Shown here: positions 51,826 to 61,259 of the stretch, one piece after another
How positions within the stretch are numbered: position 1 is the stretch's first letter
Layout of the letters: each line of letters opens with the position of its first letter
Assembly: GCA_042408215.1 (NCBI GenBank)
Contig: JAYFMW010000005.1
Coordinates: forward strand, 224,001 to 288,000
Origin: Microcoleus sp.
Lineage (GTDB): Bacteria > Cyanobacteriota > Cyanobacteriia > Cyanobacteriales > Microcoleaceae
DNA: 64,000 bases
Reading direction: 5' to 3'
Translations under genes and position numbers: made by a program
The notes under the pieces: generated by a model
What the model was told of the DNA's origin: nothing
Seen by the model: only the letters and a program-made list of their open reading frames with translations
Database searches by the model: none

Positions 51826-52377
51826 TTAAGCTTTAGCAACTGTAATTAAAGCCAATTCAATTTTGTTGTCAGCGACTTGACTGACTTGTGCACGCAAACC
51901 AGGTCCAAAAAAAGTAGCTATTTTTTGCTGTTTTTCTTCCCAGATTTCGATTGGGATCAAGGGCGAGTTAAACTCTAAAATTAACCCATAAGCACCATCC
52001 ACAGCAACTTCCCGTAACCCTCGCAGCATGGGTCTTTCCTCATCTGTTGGGGCCAAGCCCAAGCGCTCCAGAGCATCATCTAAATGAGCAGTTTGACCGT
52101 AGCGAAATCGGGTTACATCTTTGCGGACTTGATTTTGAGTATCGGTGCCCTGCTGTTCCCGCAGAGCGAGAACTTCATCAGAAGTAGGTTCGGTGAAAAC
52201 TACCGGTTCGAGTTCGGCCGCTTTCAGGGCCAAACCTCCGAGCAACAGCGGAATTCCATAAAAAAAACCGGCCAGATTCAGAGTTGGTTGGTCTGTGAAG
52301 TAGGCACCGAACCCGACTGCTGCTATAATACCGCCCACAACTAAGGCTAGGTTTGCTAAAGAAATTTGACGCAACAT
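51826..52377 (-). CDS. DUF2854-family membrane protein
   Basis: FFYGIPLLLGGLALK, DVTRFRYG, FFGPG. Confidence 0.88.
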   Translation of the reverse strand: MLRQISLANLALVVGGIIAAVGFGAYFTDQPTLNLAGFFYGIPLLLGGLALKAAELEPVVFTEPTSDEVLALREQQGTDTQNQVRKDVTRFRYGQTAHLDDALERLGLAPTDEERPMLRGLREVAVDGAYGLILEFNSPLIPIEIWEEKQQKIATFFGPGLRAQVSQVADNKIELALITVAKA

Positions 52378-52771
52378 ATTAGTGAGGTAGTTAGCTAGAA
52401 TCAACAATATACTTTAATTATTATCTGTCAAGAAGTCTTGAATATAAAAAATATTCGATCGCACTCCCAGTAAAAAGTTTACAACCTACTCCCCGCACCC
52501 GAACTCTGCCGGATCACCTAAACAAATTGAGATTTTTTGACAAAAGACCTGCAAAAACTGCTAGCATCAATAAGCGCGGGAGAGGGGTGCATCCGTAATC
52601 TTGTCTCTAGCTTCAGAAAATTGTCCCGCCGACAGGAGTGTCCAACACCTATAAATATCGGTGTTCATGATGTGCCGTTAGTTCTAGAAGGCGATCGAGA
52701 TCGCCAGTATCATCAAAGTAGAGAGAGTGGCTCGCCATCGGCCCTCTTACCCTTTCAACCAATTTTCGGAC

Positions 52772-53032
52772 ATGATTAAAGACGAAGACAAACAAACTAC
52801 TGGAGCAAACAAATCGGTTCTAGAGCAGATTAACTCGCTCAAGCGCGAGGATGAAAGGCTTTATAACATCTTAGCCATAGATGTCTGGGCCCTAGCCAAG
52901 ACAATGGATGAATATCAACCGGGGTTTTGGGCGGCGTTTATGAAAAATCGCGAGAAAGCTCTGAAGCGATTTCTCGCGGAAATGATGAAAAACAAACCCG
53001 CAGCCACCAAACGTCCCCCTTTCCTGCGCTGA
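52772..53032 (+). CDS. Hypothetical protein
   Basis: LYNILAIDVWALAKTMDEYQPGFWAAFMKNR; start placed at MIKDED. Confidence 0.7.
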   Translation: MIKDEDKQTTGANKSVLEQINSLKREDERLYNILAIDVWALAKTMDEYQPGFWAAFMKNREKALKRFLAEMMKNKPAATKRPPFLR

Positions 53033-53160
53033 AGTTTTGGTCAAGTTTTTGAGAGGTATGTGTTCGGCGTTGAAATGAATTTGACCAAAACTGCTAAAAA
53101 TTGTTGCAGTTGGTCACAAAAGTTATATATTTTTGTTAAGAGTAGCAAAGGAGAGAGAAA

Positions 53161-53331
53161 ATGGATGCACAGACAATCAGAGAGCGCGTAGCAGAGATCG
53201 AGAGCAAGCGCGAATCCCTAGTGCGACTGTTAGACAGAACGGATTTGGGCACTCTCAGAATAGACGTAAATCAGGCGATCGAAGAAATTGACGACCTTTT
53301 AGAAGAATTCAAGCGCACTTTTTCTAATTAA
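53161..53331 (+). CDS. Small helical protein, 56 aa, absent from the ORF track
   Basis: MDAQTIRERVAEIESKRESLVRLLDRTDLGTLRIDVNQAIEEIDDLLEEFKRTFSN; AAAGGAG ribosome-binding site. Confidence 0.8.
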   Translation: MDAQTIRERVAEIESKRESLVRLLDRTDLGTLRIDVNQAIEEIDDLLEEFKRTFSN

Positions 53332-53440
53332 TGGGAATTGGGAATTGGGCATGGGGCATGGGGAATTGGTAATTGGGAATTGGTCATTGGTCATTGGTCA
53401 TTTGACTAATGACTAATGACTAATGACTAATGACTAATGA

Positions 53441-55621
53441 CTAATTCATAGCCATATCCATTAAAATTTGCTGAGAACTCACTTCCGGGAAATTAACAGG
53501 CGGCCGCCGTTGAGAATAGTGACCCCCAGACTGCAAGTCCCAAGCTTGGCGGTTATCCGCCAGCATCACACCCAAAATTTCTTGCAGTTCCTTAGCAATT
53601 GTTGGGTCTTCCACCCGCACAATCGCCTCAACTCGCCTGGTGAGGTTGCGCTGCATCCAGTCGGCAGAACCAATATAAACCTCCTCATCCCCACTGTTGA
53701 AAAAATAAAACATCCGAGAGTGCTCCAAAAAGCGGCCGATAATACTGATCACTTTGATATTTTCGCTAACGCCCTCAACGCCGGGACGCAAACAGCAAAT
53801 CCCCCGGATAATCAAATCAATTTTCACCCCCGCTTGGGAAGCTTCGTATAAAGCAACGATGATTTGAGGGTCAACTAAAGCATTCATTTTAGCGACAATG
53901 CGGCCACAGCTACCGCTGCCACTGTCAGTCTGCAAGCGGCAGAATTCAGCTTCGCGACGGATCAGGGCCAAAAATCGATCGCGCATATTGACCGGCGCCA
54001 CCAATAAGTTTCGATAAGACACCTGTCGCGAATAACCAGTCAAATAATTAAACAAATCCGTCAAATCTGAACCCAAATCTTCCCGGCAACTTAATAAACC
54101 TAAATCCGTATAAAGTCCGGCTGTTTTCGGATTGTAATTGCCAGTACCAATGTGGACGTAGCGACGGATGCACCCATCCTCCCGGCGCACAACCATGACT
54201 ACTTTAGTGTGTGTCTTCAGCCCCACCAAACCGTAAACTACATGAACGCCGGCTTGTTCCAACTTCCGAGCCCAGCCAATATTATTTTCCTCGTCGAACC
54301 TCGCCTTGAGTTCTACTAAAACGGCTACCTGTTTGCCATTTTGCGCCGCTTCAATTAAAGCGTTGACGATCGGCGAATCACCAGAAGTGCGGTATAAAGT
54401 CATCTTAATCGCTAACACGGAGCGATCGTGCGCCGCCTCAGTAATAAACCGCTGCACCGTCGCCCTAAACGAGTGATAAGGGTGATGTAGCATCAAATCC
54501 CCCCGGCGGATGACCGTAAAAATATCCTCACCATCGTCAGAATGGGACATCGATTCATCTAAATCCTTTCGGTCTGAGTTCCGCAAGCGCGGCGGCACTA
54601 CGGGCGTCCACAGGGGGTCTTTCAATTCCGGCACCGACAGTCCGACAAAAGACATTAAATCCTTGAGACCGAGTAACCCTTCCACCACATAAACATCTTG
54701 GTCGCAAAGCGCCAACTCCTCCACCAGCATTTCTCGCAGGCCACGGGGCATAATAGCTTGGACTTCCATCCGCACCGCAGAACCACCAAAGCGACGTTTG
54801 CGGAGTTCCTGTTCTATAGCCAGCAGCAAATCGTCTGCCTCATCCTCCTCCACCGTCAAATCTGCATTGCGAGTAATACGGAACGGATGATATTCCTGAA
54901 TGTCCATCCCGGGAAACAGCGCCTCCAAATTGTGAGCAATCACCTGTTCTAGAGGAACCCCAGTCCAAACAGCAGACTTACCTTTCTGTGGCCACTGCAA
55001 ATCCCCCGGTAGCGACAAAAACCTCGGCAGCACTTCCGGTACTTTGACGCGAGCAAACAATTCTTCCTGGCTGTCCGGGTCTCTGACTACTACTGCTAAA
55101 TTGAGACTGAGATTGGAAAGGTAGGGGAAAGGGTGGCTGGGGTCAACGGCTAGGGGAGTGAGTACCGGAAATACTTGTTCTTGAAAATAGCGGTGCAAGT
55201 AATTGCGCTGTTCTTGATTCAGGTCAATGTAGTCGAGAATGTAGATGCCACTTGTCGCTAATTTCGGTCGCAGGGTTTGCTCAAAATAGGAGTGCTGCTG
55301 AGAAACCATCGGCAACAGGCGCTTGCTAATGGCATCTAGCTGTTGTTGAGGTGTACTGCCGTCTGATGTCAATTTGCTGACTTGTGCTTCTACCTGCTGT
55401 TTGAGGGCCGCCACCCGCACCATGAAATATTCGTCTAGGTTGGAGCTGAAAATAGCCAGAAACTTCAGCCTTTCTAGCAGCGGAGTCCGGGGGTCGAGAG
55501 CTTCGTGTAGCACGCGGTTGTTGAATTCCAGCCAACTCAGTTCTCGGTTGAAGTAGTATTGGGGGTCGCTGAGGTTGATTTCAGTGTAATTTTTAGTGGT
55601 AGTCTTTTTTGGCTTGGACAT
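53441..55621 (-). CDS. ppk1: Polyphosphate kinase 1
   Basis: NRELSWLEFN, LHHPY, ELKARFDEENN, LKTHTK, GRFLEHSR. Confidence 0.98.
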   Translation of the reverse strand: MSKPKKTTTKNYTEINLSDPQYYFNRELSWLEFNNRVLHEALDPRTPLLERLKFLAIFSSNLDEYFMVRVAALKQQVEAQVSKLTSDGSTPQQQLDAISKRLLPMVSQQHSYFEQTLRPKLATSGIYILDYIDLNQEQRNYLHRYFQEQVFPVLTPLAVDPSHPFPYLSNLSLNLAVVVRDPDSQEELFARVKVPEVLPRFLSLPGDLQWPQKGKSAVWTGVPLEQVIAHNLEALFPGMDIQEYHPFRITRNADLTVEEDEADDLLLAIEQELRKRRFGGSAVRMEVQAIMPRGLREMLVEELALCDQDVYVVEGLLGLKDLMSFVGLSVPELKDPLWTPVVPPRLRNSDRKDLDESMSHSDDGEDIFTVIRRGDLMLHHPYHSFRATVQRFITEAAHDRSVLAIKMTLYRTSGDSPIVNALIEAAQNGKQVAVLVELKARFDEENNIGWARKLEQAGVHVVYGLVGLKTHTKVVMVVRREDGCIRRYVHIGTGNYNPKTAGLYTDLGLLSCREDLGSDLTDLFNYLTGYSRQVSYRNLLVAPVNMRDRFLALIRREAEFCRLQTDSGSGSCGRIVAKMNALVDPQIIVALYEASQAGVKIDLIIRGICCLRPGVEGVSENIKVISIIGRFLEHSRMFYFFNSGDEEVYIGSADWMQRNLTRRVEAIVRVEDPTIAKELQEILGVMLADNRQAWDLQSGGHYSQRRPPVNFPEVSSQQILMDMAMN

Positions 55622-55839
55622 GGTTTGATATCGATTCCGGTTTCACCGGAATGATTGTTGACAGTTGACAGTTGACCGTGAATCTAATATCTTATCAAAG
55701 AATGAAAATTTCGATTGTATTTGGTGGTCACTTAACTCGATTTTACCAGGACGATGAAGCGCGGAATAGACTTTATTTTATGAAGATGTTTATTTAAGAT
55801 TCAACTCATACTTTGAGATTTGTCTATTGTCAGATTTTA

Positions 55840-56860
55840 GTGACCTACTCCCACACTGAGTGAGTACACAGAGCCTGTGGGCTTCTTTGTAGTCCTCCAC
55901 CAGAGTGTGCAAAATTTCCTTCTGGTAGGCTCATCCATAGTTCCTACTACATAAAGATTCCCAATGGGCGCATTTTATACTGGGGAAAATGTCCAACCCC
56001 AGTCTTTTTAAGTCGATCGCTGGGTTAAGCTCGCGGTCAACCATCAAAGAGTTGTGTTCATCCCAATCATCTCGAATACTATAGCCTTTCTCAGTAACAG
56101 TGCGGTACTCTCGGATCTAGGGCATAATCTATTACGAATTAATCAATTACGAATTCCGAATTTAGGAATTCAAAAAATCAACTCGTAACTCGTAATTCGG
56201 AATTCGTAATTATTTACCCTAGGGCATAATCTATTACGAATTAATCAATTACGAATTCCGAATTTAGGAATTCAAAAAGTCAACACCAAGATTGAGAACT
56301 GCTATAGAATCGGTGAAAATTATTTTATTTCGATAACTGAGGATCGTTGAGGTGTCAGCAGGTTTTTGTGAAATGACGACTGCGACCGCTTGTTCGGCTA
56401 TGTATTCCAGCGTCTTGAAAAATTGACCAAATGCAGCATCCAACGAAGACTTATTTAGTCCTGATTTGGCTGATGCGACCATTTTAAAGGTAATTACCAT
56501 CATGTTTGAGTTTATTACGATTGGTCAAACCTTGGAGATGAAGGTCTTCGTCAAGAAAGAATTTAGCTCCTGCTTTGAGCAATTTATAAGCGGTTTTATC
56601 GTGAAAATTTTGACGAATAAGAGCAATCCGTTGATGTTGTTTTGCCTCTTGATTCGCCAATTTCCGTCTGGATTTAGAGCCTCGCTTGCGTTTGTTTCCC
56701 TTCGTTGCAATACCGTCAAGCTTAGCTTTATTTTTGCGTAACGGCTTGAGTTAAGGTAGTTTTTCGCCTTCAGACGTGGCCAGATATACATCTTCATGAA
56801 GCACTGCATCTTTTCAGCCGTTTGAGGGCCTGCTTCACCACCTTGACAAGGCTGGGACAC
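55840..56860 (-). mobile_element. Degraded IS605/TnpB remnant, same family as 21389-23421
   Basis: SAKSGLNKSSLDAAFGQFFKTLEYIAE; colinear nucleotide similarity; TCAC right end. Confidence 0.85.
56082..56304. mobile_element. MITE with TA target duplication, nested in the TnpB remnant
   Basis: TA|TAGCCTTTCTCA...TGAGAACTGCTA|TA; internal duplication of about 60 bp with ATTACGA-like repeats. Confidence 0.7.
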
Positions 56861-56980
56861 CATACCTCATTTACCACTATTTGAGCCTTAACTGAACCGT
56901 ATTGTGATATAAGTGGATTTACTTACTCATAACTCGATCGCCTATCTACTTTCAGTATTGTTTGTGAATAATTTAGAACT

Positions 56981-58525
56981 ATGGCTTTAGTCATTGCTGG
57001 TGAACGGAGTGGGGCGGGAAAGACTACTGTAACGATCGCCCTTTTAGCTTATTTAATCCGTCGTGGCTTGAATGTCCAATCTTTTAAGGTAGGCCCGGAT
57101 TACATCGATCCGATGTTTCATGCTTTTGTCACGGGCCGCCCCTGTCGGAATTTAGACGCGATATTAACGTCTGAATCTTACGTGCAGAAGTGTTTTTATC
57201 GTCATATTCAAGATGTGAATTATGCCCTTGTTGAAGGGGTGATGGGACTATTTGATGGCGTGAGTCGAAGGAAGAGGGGTTCGGCAGCGGATTTTGTAAC
57301 GGATGTAACGGATGTCAAGGATACAAGGAAGGCAGAAGGAAAAGAAGAATTCAATTATGATTTTTCTTTTGCTTCTACGGCTCATGTTGCGTCTTTGCTA
57401 AATTTGCCGATATTGTTAGTAATAGATTGCAGTCGGCTGTCTGGTTCTGTGGCTGCGATCGCACATGGTTTTCGCTCTTTTGACAAAAACCTTAATTTCG
57501 CTGGTTTGGTGTTGAATCGGGTGGCGAGCGATCGACATTTGGAATTGCTTCAAGATGCCCTAAAACCGCTCAATTTACCTGTTTTGGGGGTGCTGCGACG
57601 GGATGAGGCTGTGACTATTCCCGATCGCCATTTAGGCCTGATTCCTGCTGAGGAGTTGCCGCATCTTGATGCTGCGATCGATAAGTTGGCTGATTTGGCT
57701 GCTGTTGCTTTTGACTGGGAGCAACTTTTGCCAATGCTGACGACAACTTCTCATGGGGGGGGTGAGGGGTCTGAGCAACTTTTGGGTAGCCACAGTCTCC
57801 CTACGGTTATCTTAACACAAAAAAACGAGGCTGTCAACAGTTTGGTCGGAAAATTTTCGGGGCGAATTGCAGTGGCGCGCGATCGGGCTTTTAATTTTTA
57901 CTATCAGGATAATCTGGATTTATTGGAAGAGTTGGGTGCGGAGTTGGTATTTTGGAGTCCTCTTGATGATGCTGTGTTTCCCGACAATGTGCAAGGGTTA
58001 TATTTTGGTGGCGGTTTTCCCGAAGTTTTTGCTAAGGAATTGAGCGGTAATGTTTTAATTCGGGATGCTGTTAAAACTGCTATTTTGGCGGGAATGCCGA
58101 CTTATGCTGAGTGCGGGGGTTTGATGTATTTGTGTGATTCCATTGTAGACTTTGATGGCAATTCTTGGGAAATGGTGGGAGTGTTGCAGGCTACTGCTGA
58201 GATGGGAAAGCGTTTGACGCTGGGATATCGAGAAGCTGTTGCGGTGAGAGATAGTTCGGTGTTAGCTGCTCTTGATGAGGTTTGTGGCCATGAGTTTCAT
58301 CGATCGCACTTAACTGTGGAACCGATTAATCCAGTTTACCATAGTTGGAGGTACGGTAAGCGGGGGGAAGTTGAGGGAGTTGCTGGCGGTTGGGGGGTTT
58401 GTCAAGTTTATGCTTCTTATTTGCATTTGCATTGGGGTGCTCGCCCTGATATTCCGGCTCGGTTTTTGCAGTGGTGTGCTGAGTTTGATTGTAAGGGTGT
58501 TTTGGGCGATCGATTTACTAATTAG
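56981..58525 (+). CDS. cobB: Cobyrinate a,c-diamide synthase
   Basis: SGAGKTT, FKVGPDYIDP, EGVMGLFDG, AECGGLMYL, GHEFH. Confidence 0.95.
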   Translation: MALVIAGERSGAGKTTVTIALLAYLIRRGLNVQSFKVGPDYIDPMFHAFVTGRPCRNLDAILTSESYVQKCFYRHIQDVNYALVEGVMGLFDGVSRRKRGSAADFVTDVTDVKDTRKAEGKEEFNYDFSFASTAHVASLLNLPILLVIDCSRLSGSVAAIAHGFRSFDKNLNFAGLVLNRVASDRHLELLQDALKPLNLPVLGVLRRDEAVTIPDRHLGLIPAEELPHLDAAIDKLADLAAVAFDWEQLLPMLTTTSHGGGEGSEQLLGSHSLPTVILTQKNEAVNSLVGKFSGRIAVARDRAFNFYYQDNLDLLEELGAELVFWSPLDDAVFPDNVQGLYFGGGFPEVFAKELSGNVLIRDAVKTAILAGMPTYAECGGLMYLCDSIVDFDGNSWEMVGVLQATAEMGKRLTLGYREAVAVRDSSVLAALDEVCGHEFHRSHLTVEPINPVYHSWRYGKRGEVEGVAGGWGVCQVYASYLHLHWGARPDIPARFLQWCAEFDCKGVLGDRFTN

Positions 58526-58610
58526 ATTTTTTTTTTAACCGCAGAGGGCGCAGAGGGCGCAGAGGGGAGAGGGGAGAAAAGAGTGTCTGTGTTAGAATGT
58601 TTTTGATGCA

Positions 58611-59135
58611 ATGAGTGAGGGGATTTTGGGATTTATGAGTATATCTGTTTCTGTTAGGCAATTGTCGGCACAGTGGATAACACCGGAGATTTTTCGGGGT
58701 TACGGTCAAGTTATTTTTGCGAGTGTTGATGGCAAGTCTTTTGATGCTGAGGATGCTCAGTTAAATTTGCAAAATGGTATTCCTAGATTCTACATCATGC
58801 GGCTGCAAAATACAGGTCGCAAGTTTCGCAAAATTACGCGACACGTTCAATGTACTCAGTGTTTGGGTTCTCTGGAAGGGCAGGATTGGTTGATTGCTGT
58901 TGCTCCTCCTTCTGATGGCTACAAACCGAGTTTGGAGGATATTGTTGCTTTTCGGATTCCGGGTAATTGTTTTATTAAGTTGGAAGCGGGTACTTGGCAC
59001 GCTGGACCTTATTTTGATGCGGATTTTGTTGATTTTTACAATCTAGAATTGAGTGATACTAATGTTGTTGACCACTTCAGCTATGATTTTGTGAAACATC
59101 ACAAGCTGGAATTTGAAATAGTCAGCAGTCATTAG
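58611..59135 (+). CDS. Ureidoglycolate lyase-like protein
   Basis: ITRHVQCTQCLGSL, IKLEAGTWHAGP; start may be 58635. Confidence 0.85.
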   Translation: MSEGILGFMSISVSVRQLSAQWITPEIFRGYGQVIFASVDGKSFDAEDAQLNLQNGIPRFYIMRLQNTGRKFRKITRHVQCTQCLGSLEGQDWLIAVAPPSDGYKPSLEDIVAFRIPGNCFIKLEAGTWHAGPYFDADFVDFYNLELSDTNVVDHFSYDFVKHHKLEFEIVSSH

Positions 59136-59159
59136 CTATTGGCATAATCTGTACAGGTT

Positions 59160-59483
59160 TCACCGTGCAAGATGCCTGGTACTGTTTGGGTACGGAAAAT
59201 ATGTTGGATGTCGCTCACATGGCTGTTTGTTTTTGTCAGATGATGGGAATGGCTGAGATTTTCCCTGTTTTTAATATGGTGATTGTCAAGGATGCGAAAA
59301 CTCTCTAGTTGGGAGATGATAATTATGGGATAGATGCGGGAAAACCTGCAAATTTGATTGTGTTGAATACCGATGATTGTGATGATACAATTAGGATGTA
59401 CACTCTGGTTCAGGATTTGATTTCGCGGGGAAAGTTGCTGGCGGAAACTGAACCTTCTCAAATTATTTTTTATTCTATTTGAC
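59160..59483 (+). pseudogene. codA: Cytosine deaminase C-terminal remnant
   Basis: QDAWYCLGTENMLDVAHMAV..AKTL*LGDDNYGIDAGKPANLIVL. Confidence 0.75.
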
Positions 59484-59508
59484 AAACACTATTTGAAGCT
59501 GTTAAACT

Positions 59509-59817
59509 ATGAATCAAGGTGCTATTCCTGATGAGAGTCCGAGAAATTTGCCGGAGCAATTGCTCCTACAAGATGCTAAGGCTGGTAATTGCATAGTAAT
59601 TCATTGCGGTACAGATAGACTGTTGGGGGATGCACCGAGACTTGTTGCTCTTTATGGCGGGAATTCTCAATATTGGGATAAAATGACCAGTATTGAGGCT
59701 TTTGAAGTTAATGGATATTCTGTACAAGTCCATTGGTTTCGGAACAGTCAGACTCTTCAAGAGGTGGAGTTCAAGTTCAAACGACAATATCCTAAAACAG
59801 CCCCTAAAAATCTATAG
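59509..59817 (+). CDS. Stand-alone polymorphic-toxin-like domain
   Basis: PRNLPEQL..WDKM..VHWFRN..EFKFK pattern recalls RHS toxin tips. Confidence 0.55.
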   Translation: MNQGAIPDESPRNLPEQLLLQDAKAGNCIVIHCGTDRLLGDAPRLVALYGGNSQYWDKMTSIEAFEVNGYSVQVHWFRNSQTLQEVEFKFKRQYPKTAPKNL

Positions 59818-59828
59818 GTAATCAAGTT

Positions 59829-60281
59829 ATGAAAATTCGTTGTATTGCAAAGACTGGTGCATCTCTTCCTGAAAATTATATAGATCCCCCACGGGGTTAC
59901 ACTAGAACAGTTGAGTTATCACTAACTATAGGCAAGGAATATGTTGTTTACGCTATCCGAGAATGGAAAGGAACTATTTGGTACTATATCTGCGACGATA
60001 ATTACAGCTATTATCCCATCCATAATCCGGCACCGATGTTTGAAGTGGTTGACAGCCGAGTTTCTAAGTATTGGCGGTTTGAACTTTCGCCCAATGGATT
60101 GTTAATGATAGCTTTTGAGCAGTGGTTTACTGACCCTTATTTTTATGATAAGCTGACGGATCAGGAAGAGGCGGAGGTGGAAATTTTTGATAAGGTTAAG
60201 GAATTGATGGATGATGAGGATTTTGCTTTGCCTCCGCTGGATTTTGCAGTTGAAAAGTTGCGGGAAACTGTCAGTGTTTGA
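59829..60281 (+). CDS. Hypothetical protein, probable immunity protein
   Basis: LTIGKEYVVYAI..PAPMFEVVDSRVSKYW..FYDKL; acidic and aromatic; 11 bp after the toxin-like gene. Confidence 0.65.
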   Translation: MKIRCIAKTGASLPENYIDPPRGYTRTVELSLTIGKEYVVYAIREWKGTIWYYICDDNYSYYPIHNPAPMFEVVDSRVSKYWRFELSPNGLLMIAFEQWFTDPYFYDKLTDQEEAEVEIFDKVKELMDDEDFALPPLDFAVEKLRETVSV

Positions 60282-60449
60282 GTGGGAAACAAACATCGAA
60301 CCGGGCTGAATTTATGAAATATACTAATTAATCTGGCCTAAAAAATGTCAAAATAGTTGTATTCGTAGGGTGGCAATGCCCACCGGAACATTTGTAACTC
60401 ATGCTTTTACACCCCTGATATTTAACGGTACACGACCGCATCAAATTTT

Positions 60450-60938
60450 ATGAATGATAAATTTAAACCACTAGACCGCGATGATGATGTTTTGTTGTTC
60501 GATAACAATAATACATTTACAGTAGCGAAACTTAAGGATTTAGTGAGTCAAGAATTTAAAGAAAGGTTTTTAACAAGCTATCACAGCCAACCAATGTATC
60601 GCGGTGGTTCTACGGAACGTGTGGATATCAAATCAGATTTAAGCACGATTTCGTTCGAGTCAAAAGGTTTTATGTGCAGTGAAATTCAATGGAAATGTAG
60701 AAACTCAGTAAATTGTAAACTTCTAAAAGTAGGTTTTGGAGGATGGCAGGAAGGAAAATTGAGAGTGCAGGCAAGAGTCGTAAATTCATATTACGAAAAT
60801 AATGATTATAAAAAGTATAAGGAAGCTGTTATTGATATATGTATAGAATTCTGTCCCGATCGCCCAACTGAACCTATATCGCCTTTAGATGATATCAGAC
60901 AATCCGAGGCATACAAAAAACTGCTCGAAAATGACTGA
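60450..60938 (+). CDS. KGK-domain protein
   Basis: CKLLKVG..WQEGKLR..EFCPD..SPLDDIRQ. Confidence 0.88.
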   Translation: MNDKFKPLDRDDDVLLFDNNNTFTVAKLKDLVSQEFKERFLTSYHSQPMYRGGSTERVDIKSDLSTISFESKGFMCSEIQWKCRNSVNCKLLKVGFGGWQEGKLRVQARVVNSYYENNDYKKYKEAVIDICIEFCPDRPTEPISPLDDIRQSEAYKKLLEND

Positions 60939-61058
60939 CAGCCACCCGATCGCCCTTACAATACAATAATCGATCGCACTTATATCTGAACCTTAGATTT
61001 TCAACCGCAGATGAGGGCAGATGTACGCGGCTGAACGCTGATGTTTTTAGGATGGACT

Positions 61059-61235
61059 ATGATAAATATAGAAGAATATGTCGATCGCACCGCCGAACTG
61101 ATAAACTTACCCTTAGACCCAGAACATCGGCCCGGTGTTGTGGTAAACTTCGAGAGGATAGTGCGAATCGCCCAACTTGTTACCGAATTCCCTTTACCTC
61201 CAGAAATAGAAGCCGCGCCAGTGTTTGAACCTTAG
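61059..61235 (+). CDS. DUF4089 / AtzG-like small subunit
   Basis: PEHRPGVVVNFERI..FPLPPEIEAAPVFEP, directly upstream of the amidase. Confidence 0.85.
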   Translation: MINIEEYVDRTAELINLPLDPEHRPGVVVNFERIVRIAQLVTEFPLPPEIEAAPVFEP

Positions 61236-61259
61236 ATTTTAAACCGCAGATGAGGGCAG

